In this document: one piece after another, positions 12,979 to 28,144 of the stretch
Numbering within the stretch: the first letter of the stretch is position 1
How the letters are laid out: each line of letters begins with the position of its first letter
Assembly: GCA_964016885.1 (NCBI GenBank)
Contig: OZ024740.1
Span: forward strand, 424,886,001 to 424,950,000
Source: Eledone cirrhosa
Taxonomy: Eukaryota
DNA: 64,000 nt
Direction: 5' to 3'
Position numbers and translations under genes: made by a program
Notes under the pieces: generated by a model
What the model was told of the DNA's origin: nothing
What the model saw: the letters and a program-made list of their open reading frames with translations, nothing else
The model's database searches: none

Positions 12979-13569
12979 ATCTAATATCTACATTTCTTGC
13001 TCATCTTTGCTTTTGCTGGTGTTGATACTGCCGATAAGACAATGTCTTGCTTCTAATTTTGTTATTATTGACCAGTAGCGATATAGAAACACTGGCAGAA
13101 GCCATGGTTATATTCTTGGTACCTCCTGTTATTGGTATTCCCGTGAGGTTCCGTTTATTTCCCTTTATTTTCTCCATCTTTTGAGCAGAAATCCCTCAAG
13201 TGTTCTTTACTCTCAGTCGTATACAACAAGGCATTTTGCCCTCGACCAAAACCTGAATAATTTTCTCATCGGCTCCTCTATGGGGTTCAGGTGTTGGATA
13301 GTTATAAGATCTTAGTGGTCATTAGGATAAGTATGTCCATTCAAACCCCATTCGACTACATATTATAGTGAAGGAGGACAGCACTCCCTGTATATCTGTC
13401 CCTACTGCTGCACAAACGAGACAACATTGGGCCGTGAAGCTTATCTACGGTTACAACAACTATACAACATAAGTTTCAAGACAAAGAACATTTAACACCA
13501 CCAACGCCCATATCAACAGCGTCAACATCAACATCATCATCATCACCCACACAATAATAGTGATAATAA

Positions 13570-13775
13570 TTGTTTCTATATTTGACACAAAGCCTGCAAA
13601 TTGGAGGGGAAGGCAAAGGTCAATTGAATCGACCCCAGTGCGTTATTGGTACTTTATTTTATTGACCTCGTAAGGATGAAAAGCAAAGCTAACCGCGGCA
13701 GGATTTGAACTCAGAACGTAAAGGGCTGTAACTACATGCCGCAAAGCATGTCGTCCGACACTCTTCCGCCTCGGC
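13570..13775 (-). mobile_element. tRNA-derived SINE, family 1
   Basis: ggatttgaactcaga and ggtactttattttattgacc body. Confidence 0.8.
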
Positions 13776-14849
13776 CATAATAATAATAAACAACGCCAGG
13801 GAATGTGTTTGTGAATGAGTGTTGATGAGTGTAGATAAGTGATTGAAGTCAGAAATTCGTCTGACAGACACTATCCAGAAGGCCTCTCTTGAAACATTCG
13901 CCTTATACAAACAAAGATTGCAAGCAAGAGTTTCTTTTTTATATTTCATTGTAAAAAGAGTTCATTGACGTTCATTTAGCTGCATACGTAAGGAAAAATA
14001 AATGTTAACTGTCAATAGATATTTATCTCACTAGACATATGTGCACACTTTGAAGACCGTAGAAAGGTTTCCTGAAAAAAGATAGATGTATTGTGCTATA
14101 TATTAACTCGTACATGTTTGTGTGTGTGAGCATATGAGTGTATGTGTGTGTTTATTTGAGTGTGTGTGTTTGTATGTGTTTGTGTGTGTGTCTGCCTTTT
14201 TGTCTACATGGGAGTGTGTTTGTGTGTGTGATTGCATATGTGTGCGTATGTGAGTGTATGTGTGTGTGTAAGGGTGTGTTTGTCAGTGCGTATGTATGTG
14301 TGTGTAAATGTGTTTATATGTGTGTGTGTCTGCCTCTTTGTCTACATGCCGGCTTGCTTATTTTCCTTAGTTCAGGCAATGTCAAGGGTATATTAATCTT
14401 GTAGAGAATATCAAAATGAAATCATTGTTGCTCAATATTCTTCATGTTGTTGCTGTTGTTTGTTATTTCTCTTTATCATTGTTGCTTATATTTCATTAAT
14501 TCTAGAAATGTTCCTTATCGCAGTGGTGAGTATTTTGAAAGTTTACCACTGATGAAATATTTTGACTTAAAAAGTAACCTAGTTATGATCGATTTATATA
14601 ATATCATAGACAATCCGTGTCTACCAACCAACGTCACTAACTTTTGAATGCTGGTACTTCTGTTTATAGTTTATTAAAAAAAAGAAAATATTTGGTTAAA
14701 CATACAAAAAAAGACAGCAGTATTGGAAAGGACTATAAATTCCAGGAATGAGAGGAAAAGAAGGGAAGAGCAAGTATAACTAGACAAAGGAAGAGAGAAA
14801 GAGGAAAGAGGAGAAAGTGACAGACTCTACACCTAGGTCTGTGTAGTGT

Positions 14850-14985
14850 TTCGGCTGCACTCCGCGGACAAAATGGCAAAGGCTTATCTGCGGACAATGG
14901 CCAGCGACACACACTGCAACAACCACCCCACCTCGCGGGGTTCCTTCCTCAGAATGGCTGCTATGGCTCTGATTTTACTGAATGT
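14850..14985 (-). pseudogene. Second CRE-like 3' end relic
   Basis: Minus strand gives EPREVGWLLQCVSLAIVR..AFAILSA, matching the 8515 relic end (WLFQRVSLTVLQGNAFSLLSA). Confidence 0.5.
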
Positions 14986-15355
14986 CAGAAAACAAAAACA
15001 GAGCCATTTTGTACTAATGCTAACCAACAGCCTATGATAATGTATTCTGTCGCTAACCTAGAAACGAAGCAATATTGCAGACGATGAAAGCTAAACCAGT
15101 TGCTAATCGTCAACCGAAGCTATATTACACTGATGTGAATCGGCAACTAATGCTAAGTTTCGTCACTGTTAACAGATAACACTAAACATACTAACGAATA
15201 CTAAACACTCATTTCCACTGTTGTTAACCGACAATAATAATCTATAGCCTTGCCAAGCAGTCATCCAGAAGTGTTAATATTGTTGCTAATAGACACCGAT
15301 AATCGATTCTCTGTTTAAAATCAACAGATTGATTTACCCTGTTTCACTATTAATG

Positions 15356-15640
15356 TGGAGGCGAGTGGCCTAGTGGTAAGGATGTTGGACTTATGATCAT
15401 AATGTCGTAGGTTCGATTACTGGACTGGGTTGTGTGTTGGGTTTTTGAGAAAAAAACACATAATTTCCCGTTGCTCCAATATACTCAGCTGAAAATGAGT
15501 ACCAGCAATAGCTGGGGGTTTAACGCTGCGATGGACTGGCGTACTGTCCGAAGATGAGTCTTCTATTCTCAGTCACTTCCCGCCACGGAATCCGGAATAA
15601 GCACCAGCCTGGTGAGCCTCTAGGCTCCAGACTGACTCTT
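15356..15640 (+). mobile_element. tRNA-derived SINE, family 2 (V-SINE-like)
   Basis: A box tggcctagtgg, B box ggttcgattac, then gcgatggactggcgt; partial copies at about 800-910, 35680-35820, 45655-45775 (-) and 55775-55870 (-). Confidence 0.75.
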
Positions 15641-16009
15641 AGCAATCTGATTTACACTTTAGTGTGTTCAGTTTACACAGCTGTGACTATATACAATTAA
15701 CACAGTTCACTTTTGCAAGAAAACAGACTAACTATCACAGTACACGACATTACATCTGACAGTTTAGACACCGAGACTGGTATTCTATTTATCCACTCAG
15801 AAGAAGGAAAAGCAAACTTGAGTCCCGTGGGATTGGAACACACCGTAAGAAGCCCGAATATACAACGACGCTCTAATAATGATGCAATTCACCACACACT
15901 GCAATAACATTGTTGTCAAGTGAACTTGAACTCAAATGCCTAACAAACGCAGTAATGTATCGAGATAACCTATCTTCAGGAAATGGTAAGGAAAATAACT
16001 AATACGGCC

Positions 16010-16400
16010 TGGAAATACCTCCAATAGCGCCCATTCCACTGTTCGAAGCACATTTGGAAAACTTCTGGAATGGCTCTCAGTTCTGCCATCACAGTCCATA
16101 TGATGTCCTCTTAGCTCTCAGTAGCATCTTCATTTTTGGGAGCAACTAGAAGTCAGAAGGAGCAATGGCTGGAAAGTAGGGAGACTGGTGAATGAGCAAA
16201 ATGCCTGTCTTTGGCAGGAAACCTTGAGTCAACTGCGACGAATGAACCGGCCTGTGCTCCTGATACATCTGTCTAGTCTCTCGTGCCAAACTACACCACG
16301 AAGACGTCAGAGAACCTCCTGATAGTAAACCGTTGACACTATCTTAGAGCGTATTCGTGTTGGAGTATTGAGAACTACACTATCCGATGTATCGTGTCAT
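16010..16400 (-). pseudogene. Decayed mariner (Tc1/mariner) transposase C-terminal fragment
   Basis: Minus strand YYQEVL*RLRG...HQSPYFPAIAPSDF*LLPKMK...ELRAIPEVFQMCFEQW resembles the mariner HPPYSPDLAPSDFFLFPKLK motif. Confidence 0.7.
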
Positions 16401-16580
16401 TTTGATTGGACAGAAGGTAGGGACTCTATCATTGGATGATCTAAACATTTGTTTCTATTTAACACGGGTCAGTCATTATCAAACATAAACACGTTGAAAG
16501 TGTTCCATGACCAGTTATTCTTTTTGAATTCATCCCCATTTTTAAGGCGGCTTTGAAGCAGAGAGTTACCTCCCTTTATG

Positions 16581-16700
16581 ATCTGAGTTCAAATCCCGTC
16601 GAGGTTAACTTTGCCTTTCATCATTACGGAGTCGATAAAATAAAGTATCAGTAATGCACTCGGATAATTGCTGGCCTGATGCCAAAAGTAGAAACAATTA
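16581..16700 (+). mobile_element. Partial SINE, family 1
   Basis: ctgagttcaaatcccgtcgaggttaactttgcctttcatc. Confidence 0.8.
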
Positions 16701-17132
16701 TATGATTAAGATGTTTTCACTGCTATTTCTAGCATGTCGAATGTCTACGGAGAGGATTCCTTATTGGACATCGATTCAGAATGAGTAATAAAGAGATAAT
16801 AAAATAGGGAGAAGGAATAAGAGTGATAGCGAGGGTAGAAAGAGAGATAGTAGGTAGACTAAAGAGAAAGGAAGAGAAAGGGGAGGGTTAATTTCTGTAG
16901 TAGGGAGACTAAAGAGAAAGGAAGAGGAAGTTGAGGGGTAGGTTTTGTAACGAGATAAATATTAGATAAGTGAATTAGTGGGCGTGAGATATTTTCAAAA
17001 ATCAGGCTGGATTGAAAAATAATTAATATAAAGATGTTTGCTTCCGATTGTAGAATTTCTGGCACCAAACTGATGGTTATTTAGTTTCGAAGATTGGTTG
17101 TGTATGGCACAGTCTTTGTTCCTTTGATGTTT

Positions 17133-17884
<752 letters not shown>

Positions 17885-18122
17885 ATGTTCTTGTTGCCGT
17901 GGCTACTGCTGTGTTTTGTTTTGGTTTTTGTTGATATTGTTCAACAATGTTTATCACATATAGTTAAGTGTGTGTGTGTTGGTATTTGTGTATGAGTGTG
18001 TATGCATGTATGTATAAATGTGTTTTGTATGTGTACGTACACATGCGTATAGGTATTTATTTAAGCCTAGATTTATTTATCTATATATCTATCTACCTAT
18101 CTAACTCTCTTTCATTTTCCCA

Positions 18123-18174
<52 letters not shown>

Positions 18175-18195
18175 CTCTCTTTCTCTCTTTCTCTC

Positions 18196-18226
<31 letters not shown>

Positions 18227-18469
18227 GTGTTTGAGTATATGTGTCTGTGTGAGTGTGTAATGTTTGATGTCTCATCAAGCGGTGAAGTAACTGTGTATGT
18301 GTTCCTGGCCCTTCTACCCCGAGACCAATGATATTGGGGACAACCCACCAATGTAGGCGACGACACTCCTGCACAACAGCGCAATATTAGATACATCTGA
18401 TGTTATGACTCCGAGGGAGACGTCTCCATCTACCTTAATGTGTGAGACACACCATTAATCCTCACCTTT

Positions 18470-19420
18470 GGAGTCAGGTGTAATGACTCACTTTCCTAGC
18501 GCCTCCAATAATCTACTCGAAATATGTTTCTTTTTTCTTTTGCCGTGGGCACAAGTTCCCTGCGCAGCGGATCAACCCTGGTTCTAGTAAATCCTTTGAT
18601 ATCTTTAGTGTTGCTTCCCATTCACAGGTTTCACTGAGTTCAACCAGCTCAGTATACTTCCAAGCCTTCTTAAATGCGTCATCGATGTTCATCCTTCAAG
18701 AGACAGTAAACTACACCATCCGCCCCTCCTCCTTTTCTTGCACACACGATGAGGTAGGGACTCTGGGTGGTAAAAGGCTGGAAGTTGAATTTGTTGTTCA
18801 GGTCGAGACCTCCCAAATCTCCGCCCATCTTCAGACAATTTTCCTTCCAAAAGTGGTAGACCTGCAATGTTCCCCTTCCTTATGAAATTTGATCCTGCCC
18901 TTCTGCACGATTTGCAGTCCCTCGCCGCTGTTCATTCTCTCACCCCTCCTTCACTTCCATTACTCTAAGCATTCGGTAATGTCACCATATGTATCTACTC
19001 TTTAAGCCTTCCTACAGTATTTCAGCCTTCCTACATTTCCAACGTTTTAGGTTTGAGGGACTAGGAAGCATGTCCCTTCCATCTAATCTTCCGCTCAACC
19101 AAACATCCCAAGACCCACATTGTCTCCGTTGTAAATACCAGGGCTGCATAGCAACTTCTCAATTCTTCACTCATTACCTGGTTGACAACTGCGACCCTTC
19201 TGTCCTGAAACATGGCGTCGTATGGTCTGAATTGCAAATTTCCAGGGAACATTCTATTGGTCAGTGTAGGACCTCCTATATCTTCGTAGAGAGGCCACAA
19301 AGTACGCCGATACCCTCCTTTTTTCCAGTCATAAAAGGGTGTTTGAATGGCTCAGAGTGAGCCCAGTCCTGATAGCTCTGACAGTTGGTAGGTAAGCAGT
19401 ATGCGGTACTGATGAAGGGT
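18470..19420 (-). pseudogene. Highly decayed Hero/R2-group non-LTR retrotransposon (RLE type)
   Basis: Minus-strand fragments VERKIRWK, RYIW*HYRML (cf. GRYTWRHN.VL), DLNNKFNF, TTQSPYLIV (cf. TTLRPDLIV), NIDDAF and KYTELVE; many stops and frameshifts. Confidence 0.65.
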
Positions 19421-19614
19421 AATCACCCAGAAATATTAGCGTCTGTTGTTCTGTTTATATGCCAACACAAAAGCAAGAGTGATGAAATCATTCTACTGAC
19501 ATGGCTTAAAGAGGCGGTTTGCATAATTGCAAGCGAATCGAATATTATTATTAATATTTGAAAAACTCAGAGTTACATTTCATGTATTCAGCCATGAAGA
19601 GCGATAACTTTTTG

Positions 19615-19678
<64 letters not shown>

Positions 19679-19975
19679 GTAGGTTACAATCAATACGTGT
19701 GTAGGCGGTATGCCGTTTGAGCACTTGATGCTCGCGCAGAACAGAGTATATTATTATAGATAACGAGGAATCAGTGATGCATTATAACACAATTTATTAA
19801 CATATTACATATGTTTCTCCGACGATCAGCTCAAGGCAGGATCTGTTACAGATCGAACCTGATTCTGCGTTCGAAAATACCTCAGATATGTTTTTCGCTT
19901 TCAATCGGATGAAATGCAATCTGATTTCTCGTTATCTATAATATATATATATATATAGGAAAATGTTTAACCCCA

Positions 19976-20020
<45 letters not shown>

Positions 20021-20023
<3 letters not shown>

Positions 20024-20550
20024 GAGACGAGCGGAACAAACAACCATTAAACAATCTTTTAAATAAATTAAAATACGATTTAAATATTCACCTGTTCAAA
20101 ATGCTGTTACCGACGGTTTCACTTCACAAAAGATTCAGAGAATTTCCAATGGAAAGATCAGCTCTTCAGGCAGCTATTTCCAACGGCCTGTTTATGTGTG
20201 GGTCACTTTAACGGCCTGAACTCATACATCGGGAAGTAAGCGATATATTTACAAAGTGTGCGGCTTTATGCCCTATAGAATGGAACTAGCTGTCTGAAGA
20301 GCTGATCTTTCCATTGGAAATTCTCTGAATTTCCAATCTTTTGTGAAACGAAACCGTCGGTTACAGCATTTTGAACAGGTGAGTATTTAATTTGTATTTT
20401 AATTTATTTAAAAGATTGTTTAATGCTTGCTTGTTCCGCTCATCTCATTTTTATAGTTCTGGTATCTCAAATTGAACAACAATTGTATTATAGAGACCCT
20501 ATATATTTCCGTAGGTACTTAGTACCTGTGGGTATATTAAACTCATTTTA
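20021..20550. mobile_element. Palindromic TA-flanked element, family F, with long-stem-II hammerhead
   Basis: Arms 20021-20182 and 20281-20450; gctgt-CTGAAGA-[about 49 nt]-GAAA-ccgtcg-GTT-acagc at 20289-20367; related copy 51833-52260. Confidence 0.8.
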
Positions 20551-20574
20551 TATATATATATATATATATGTGTA

Positions 20575-20776
20575 TAAAAGGTAAACAGAAATAACAACAC
20601 AATCGGTACAGTATATGGAAGGTATATATTAGGTTAACGCTTGAAGATGGTCTTAACGTTTCGGGCGCTAGTCCTTCATCAGAAGAAAGAATGAGAAATA
20701 AAATAGATTAAGGGGACGGGCGGGATGGAAATGGAAAAAATGTCTCTCGATAAAAATAATAGATACATTCATGTTG

Positions 20777-20780
<4 letters not shown>
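20575..20780 (-). mobile_element. Family A element with hammerhead at 20651-20686 (-)
   Basis: Reverse complement of 2865-3080; tctt-CTGATGA-aggac-tagc-gccc-GAAA-c-GTT-aaga. Confidence 0.75.
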
Positions 20781-20823
<43 letters not shown>

Positions 20824-21065
20824 ACAAGTTATCGTTGTAGGTAATCCAGTTAGAGGTTGGGAGTACTATGCGTCGTGGATAGTTTTAACGTAGATTAGCG
20901 AACTCTAGACTCCCCTGATCAACGAAACAATTGTCAGTACTTTAAATAAAGCCCCTTATTGTACAGCCAACCATGTTACTCTTCATTCTTTAACTATATA
21001 TATATATATGTATATAATATACCTACGAATGTATACGCCAGTTTGCCATGTATTTACACAATATA

Positions 21066-21119
<54 letters not shown>

Positions 21120-21285
21120 GTATATATGTATATATATAGATATATGTCCGTGTATGAATGTGAGGTGTGTGTGTGTGTGTGTGAATGTCTGTGTGTACAT
21201 ATAAATGTAGACAGACAGAGAGGGCTGTGTGACGGAGAAGAAGGAGGGGGGTGATATTGAAATAAGCCAGATTGGTCCACGTATC

Positions 21286-21331
<46 letters not shown>

Positions 21332-21475
21332 GAGAGAAAGAGAAAAGCGAAAGAGAAAAGAGAAAGAGAGGTAAAATCCCGACTGGGTTGCCAAGCAGTT
21401 TCGGCTTGTGAGCACTGCAGAGTCTCTCCCCCTACCCCTCTCTCTCTCTCTATATATATATTATATATATATATA

Positions 21476-21660
21476 ATTGTATCTACCTTTTGTTACAAGG
21501 CCAGCAAATACCCAGTATATTACTGGTACTTTATTTTATCGACCCCGTAAGGATGAAAGGCAAAGTTAACCTCGGCGGGATTTGAACTCAGATCATAAAG
21601 GGACGTAACTCTATGCTACAAAGCTTGGTGTCCGACTGTCTACCGATACTGCCAATCGTT
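21476..21660 (-). mobile_element. SINE, family 1
   Basis: Same body and B-box as the 5011 copy. Confidence 0.85.
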
Positions 21661-22111
21661 GACGGACCCAGCATATTTATCAATGCCAGGACCGGTTGTA
21701 CCTCAGCGTACTCAATAGGCAACGTAAGATATATTGTCAGAGTATACACATAGTTATTCGCTTCAATACAACACACATAAAGCGGGTGCCTATAATAGTT
21801 CCCGAACTCATGTTTCAGCCACACTTAATGCAGCAGTAAGGTGCACTGCACCCTCCGTCTGCATATATTATGCAACAATGAATAATCGGCTTATGTGGCT
21901 TCATCAGCGGGCATCGCCTAATCAATAACCAATCGATCGACAGAATCCAAACTCCAGCCCATATATATATATACGAATAAAAGGGGTCTCGAATTTTTCA
22001 TATTACCCACTATACTACACCAAGTATCGAGTACTCTCGTGAGTAATGGTTTTTACCGCCTCCATAATGATATATATGTGTGTGTGTGTGTTTGTGTGTT
22101 TGTGTGTTATA

Positions 22112-22206
<95 letters not shown>

Positions 22207-22467
22207 AAATGTGTGATCCTTGGTACAGTTAGGTATATTTTGAAAAAAGGAAAAGAAGGACTTCACTTGTAGAGATCTCACTTTGACAATCGCCACAGAC
22301 AGACGAATGCGAGAAAGTTCTCCAACCCAAGTTAACCAGGAATCTTTAAAATTCTTCCCACCGAATTTAACAAAGAACTTATTGGATCTACCAACTCATA
22401 ATATTATAAAATTAAATCAAACATTTTTTAACACTACAAGTGAAGTCATTCTTTTCCTTTATTTCAA

Positions 22468-22578
<111 letters not shown>

Positions 22579-22791
22579 GTATAAAAAAACGAAAAATCAG
22601 TGATGCATCTGGACTTAGTTTATTGCGTGTTACAATTGTTTCGCCGGCAGGTATCTCGAGACATGATCACTCTATGGATCTGGCTGATTCTACGGCTGCA
22701 GGTTCCTTCGGACACGGGTAGTTCGTTCGGAGCAAATGTTCTCACTCTATATATATATAAACATATATATATATAAAATAAAATAATTCGG

Positions 22792-22846
22792 ACTGCCTGA
22801 AGAGGTCGCAGCCAAAGATGGCTGTCACCGAAATATAAATAGCAGT
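22792..22846 (+). ncRNA. Type I hammerhead, family G (second copy at 23305-23355)
   Basis: actgc-CTGAAGA-ggt-c-gcagcc-aaagat-ggctgt-c-acc-GAAA-tataa-ATA-gcagt. Confidence 0.75.
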
Positions 22847-23844
22847 AATAAAAAAGACCAATGGGAAGAGTGACCTTACAAATCTTTATAACACTGAGAT
22901 GGGTATAACACACACACACATTTTATTTGATTATTTTATTTTATTTTGTTCCTTTACTACCTTATTCCTTCTACCACTTTATCATATTTTTGAGCTGACT
23001 CCAACAACAATACCACTACCAACATAAGTATAGAGGTCAGATGTACCTAACAATAACAAGAACAACCACTACAGATTGGCTTGCCTCAAAACGAATTTCT
23101 ATAGACTTTTGACTGAGGAATGTTCTAACAACTGACCAATGAGAGGAGAAGAGGCTCTTTGACGCTGAAATTCGTTTGTTTAAATTCATATGATTCCAGT
23201 TCCTCAGTGAAATAACAACCCAACCAGGAACTGGGCATATCAGAGTATTCGCAAAGTTAAACATCTCAACAACATGTGTACTCGTCTCTACCACACTAAT
23301 TCGGACTGCCTGAAGAGGTCACAGCCAAAGATGGCTGTCACCGAAATATATATAACATTAATTAACGAAGCCAAATTTTAAACATTTGACTTATTTATTT
23401 TATTTTATTTTACATTACTCCGGAGTAACCAAACCAACCTGCGCACTTCGTCGAGTGCTCCAATCTGCATATTGAGGTGGTGTTGGTATACAACCAACAT
23501 ATACTCAAAATTTACATATATATATATATATATGATATATAACTAATTAACACTAGTAAGATTATTATCCAACTGATTACTCTATACTTAAGAAGAGTAG
23601 AGTGTAGATATCATTATAAGATAGAATGCCCGATGGTCAAGCTCAAACAGTTTCGATAGCAAAATGGTAAATATATCAAATGGTTTGTGTTAACTTCAGG
23701 CAAGTTCTTCTCATATGGGGTGGACTTATACGTTAATTCACAGGTGGAGCGTCTCCTGTAGAAGTGGAAATGGAAAGCAACAACTAAAGTCAAAATAAGA
23801 ATCAGGATAAACAAAATTGTTTCTAATTTTGTTTCAATTATTCT

Positions 23845-23990
23845 AGTGTATTACTGGTACTTTATTTTATCGACCCCGTAAGGATGAAAGGCAAAGTTAA
23901 CCTCGGCGGGATTTGAACTCAGACCGGAAAGGGCCGTAACTCTTTGCTGCAAAGTATGGCGTCCGACCCTCTACCGATACTGCCAATCCA
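23845..23990 (-). mobile_element. SINE, family 1 (partial)
   Basis: Same body and B-box. Confidence 0.8.
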
Positions 23991-24051
23991 ACACCGTAGC
24001 CAATCCAAAAATAATGTGGAATTGGATCATTTAAGGGGTCAATAAATAAGA

Positions 24052-24878
24052 ACACCACCCCACCACCACCATCACCCCACCACCACACCACCACACCACC
24101 ACCACTATCACCACCACCACCACAACTACCACCACCACACCATCACCACCACCACCACATCATGACCACTGCCACCACGACAACCACCACCACAACACCA
24201 CCACTCCACCACCACTATCACCACACCACCACAACCAACACCACCATTACACAACCACCACCACACCACCACCACCACACCGCCACACCACCATCACTAC
24301 CACCACACCACCACCACCACCACCACCACCATCACCACCACCAACACAACCACCACCACACCACCAGCAGCACCACTCCACCACCACTACCATCACCACC
24401 ACCACCACTCCAACAACACCACCACCACCACCACCACCACAACCACCACCACACCACCAGCAGCACCACTCCACCACCACTACCACCATACCACCACCAC
24501 TACCACCACCACCACCACCATCACCACTCCACCATCACTACCACCAGCACCAGCACCACCACCACCAGCACCACCACCACCACCACCACTACACCATCAC
24601 CACCACCGCCGCCACCACCACCGTCACCACCGCCGCCACCACCACCGCCACCACACCACCACACCACCACCACCAACACACCAACACCACCACCGCCGTC
24701 GCCACCACCACCACCACCACACCACCATCACCACCACACCACCACCACACTACCACCACCACAACCACCACCACACCACCACCACACCACCACCACCACT
24801 ACCTCAACCACCACCACACCACCATCACCACCACACCAACACCACCACCACCACCACCACCACCCCACCACCACCTCC
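24052..24878. repeat. Degenerate (CAC)n low-complexity tract
   Basis: Read directly; produces the spurious H/P/T-rich ORF 24162..24905. Confidence 0.9.
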
Positions 24879-25124
24879 TCTACTCATCTCCCCTTCTGTA
24901 TCTGACATATTAACTCTGTCGTCTAAATATCCAGTCTACTTATCCAGTCTCTCTATGACTGTCTCTGGTCTATACTTCTCTCTTCCTGTTGCAACCAACG
25001 ATGGGATTACAATTAACATACTAATACAACACACACACTATTGCACACACACCTACACGTAAACATGCACACATATGCACGCATACACACACGCACGCAT
25101 ACACTTCGTACATATATATATATA

Positions 25125-25469
25125 CGAGGGTCGGCTGGAATGGAAGATTCATTGGCTGACCAAGATACTCTCATGGAATGACCAGAGGAGGTTTATTATT
25201 CAACATAGTCCTTGGAGAGAAATAATGCAATTATTAATAAAAGAATTAATGCACGCGAGATTTCACAGCTCTAACATCACTTCTTCATAAGCTGACCAAG
25301 ATATTCTCATGGAATAACCAAACGAGGTTGACTTTTCAACATAGTCCTTAGAAAGAAACAATACAGTTATTGATAAGAAGAGTTGAAATTAATGTATGCA
25401 AGATTTCACAGCTCTAGCATCACTCCAGCATAGTCAGTCTCAGCCTATGAACGTTTCAGCCTACCTTTG
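25125..25469. mobile_element. Mariner-type MITE
   Basis: TA-flanked imperfect TIRs (ta)cgagggtcggctg ... cagcctacctttg(ta); internal duplication of about 135 bp. Confidence 0.55.
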
Positions 25470-25476
25470 TATATAT

Positions 25477-25582
<106 letters not shown>

Positions 25583-25724
25583 TTAAGAGTTAAACAAGAT
25601 TCAATGAATAAATCAAAGAATGAGTTTTACAATAGATTGGAAGCACTCTACAAGAATATTTTCCAGAGTTATTAATATTAATTCCAAATATTAACAAGAA
25701 TATCTATTTTGTTAATATCTGGAA

Positions 25725-25788
<64 letters not shown>

Positions 25789-26045
25789 GAGGTAATATTT
25801 TATTTGTTGGGATTCAACATCCAGGAAGCTCCAACCGTTAAGGTTGTCTTTTTTCCGGGTATGTCAATATTTATTTATAAAACAAATCTGTATTTTATCT
25901 GATGAAAGAGCACCATAATTTGCCTTGCTTGCCCTTGAAATATCATCGAAAAAATTTTGAATACATTTTCTCTTTTCATGATATTTGGATTACATTGAGT
26001 TCTTCATACGGATTGGACACTACCGTATATTTTGGTAGATTTATC

Positions 26046-26139
<94 letters not shown>

Positions 26140-26769
26140 TTTTTTGGCAACCATTCACGGTGTGGCTCAATGACTAGTTTATGTATATGTAAACCTCTAT
26201 ATTTTATATACTCCCGTAAGGTTCAGTAAAACTTTAGGCAGTATTCGGCTGCGCTGTCTATCAACCAGCCTACTCGCCGTCAGGCACCAATCACAAGCTT
26301 TCTGACTTGACCACTAGCCATGTGACAATTCTTAGCCATTTTGAATTCGTTTCTGGCGGGGATCATTTAAGAAAAATCTTTGTCCAATTGCGTTTGTTTC
26401 CTGATGATTTTGAGCCTCGTTGATTTATCCATGATCGGATATTTCCAAAAGGCGAAGAAACCTCCGGGGATAGAAACGTGATTTTGGTATGTTTATGTAC
26501 ATTTTTTCTTCTAACTTTGATTTTGTACCTAATTCTGTATGGTTAGCTATATGTCTAGTCGATTTCTACGGGCTATTAAAAATACTAGATAAATCTTCTG
26601 TGGATGTGGATCGCGGATAAAATAGCTATCATTCATTTATCTATTGTTTCTTCATAAGTACGTTTTAAACTTATAGCCTTGTTTAAATGATTTTTTGTGT
26701 GCTTAATTATGCTGATTGGGAGAAGAAATACTGTATATATTTTATCAAATGATTCTATGGACTTACTTT

Positions 26770-26816
<47 letters not shown>

Positions 26817-26820
<4 letters not shown>

Positions 26821-28144
26821 TGGAATAAATGCTCTGAAATAGCGATATATATGTGAATATAGACATAGAATATTCGAAAATATTCTGTATGTTTATAATA
26901 AACATTTTGAAGACCTAATCGCTATAGAATAGAATACGTCACGTATTACAATTAGATTCTCGATAAAAGCAAGGGAAGTAATCTACGCGTTTCATTCTTG
27001 TTAGAAATCTTCAGGACTACATATCCAGTGCTTTTATCGAGAATGACACAGCTAGAGACTTATAGAATACTTAGCTGTGTACAGGAACTGGTTTGAAAGA
27101 GCGGTTGCCGGTCCGGCAGAAATTAGAAATTGGAATAAATGCTCTGAAATAGCGAATATTCTATGTCTATATTCACATATATATCGCTATATTCGAATAT
27201 TCTATGTCTATATTCACATATATATCGCTATTTCAGAGCATTTATTCCAATTTCTAATTTCTGCCGGACCGGCAACCGCTCTTTCAAACCAGTTCCTGTA
27301 CACAGCTAAGTATTCTATAAGTCTCTAGCTGTGTCATTCTCGATAAAAGCACTGGATATGTAGCCCTGAAGATTTCTAACAAGAATGAAACGCGTAGATT
27401 ACTTCCCTTGCTTTTATCGAGAATCTAATTGTAATACGTGACGTATTCTATTCTATAGCGATTAGGTCTTCAAAATGTTTATTATAAACATACAGAATAT
27501 TTTCGAATATTCTATGTCTATATTCACATATATATCGCTATTTCAGAGCATTTATTCCAATTTCTAATTTCTGCCGGACCGGCAACCGCTCTTTCAAACC
27601 AGTTCCTGTACACAGCTAAGTATTCTATAAGTCTCTAGCTGTGTCATTCTCGATAAAAGCACTGGATATGTAGTCCTGAAGATTTCTAACAAGAATGAAA
27701 CGCGTAGATTACTTCCCTTGCTTTTATCGAGAATCTAATTGTAATACGTGACGTATTCTATTCTATAGCGATTAGGTCTTCAAAATGTTTATTATAAACA
27801 TACAGAATATTTTCGAATATTCTATGTCTATATTCACATATATATCGCTATTTCAGAGCATTTATTCCAATTTCTAATTTCTGCCGGACCGGCAACCGCT
27901 CTTTCAAACCAGTTCCTGTACACAGCTAAGTATTCTATAAGTCTCTAGCTGTGTCATTCTCGATAAAAGCACTGGATATGTAGTCCTGAAGATTTCTAAC
28001 AAGAATGAAACGCGTAGATTACTTCCCTTGCTTTTATCGAGAATCTAATTGTAATACGTGACGTATTCTATTCTATAGCGATTAGGTCTTCAAAATGTTT
28101 ATTATAAACATACAGAATATTTTCGAATATTCTATGTCTATATT

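Noticed and set aside
24162-24905. 247-aa His/Pro/Thr-rich ORF
   Set aside because: Stop-free by-product of degenerate (CAC)n, with no splice or domain evidence.
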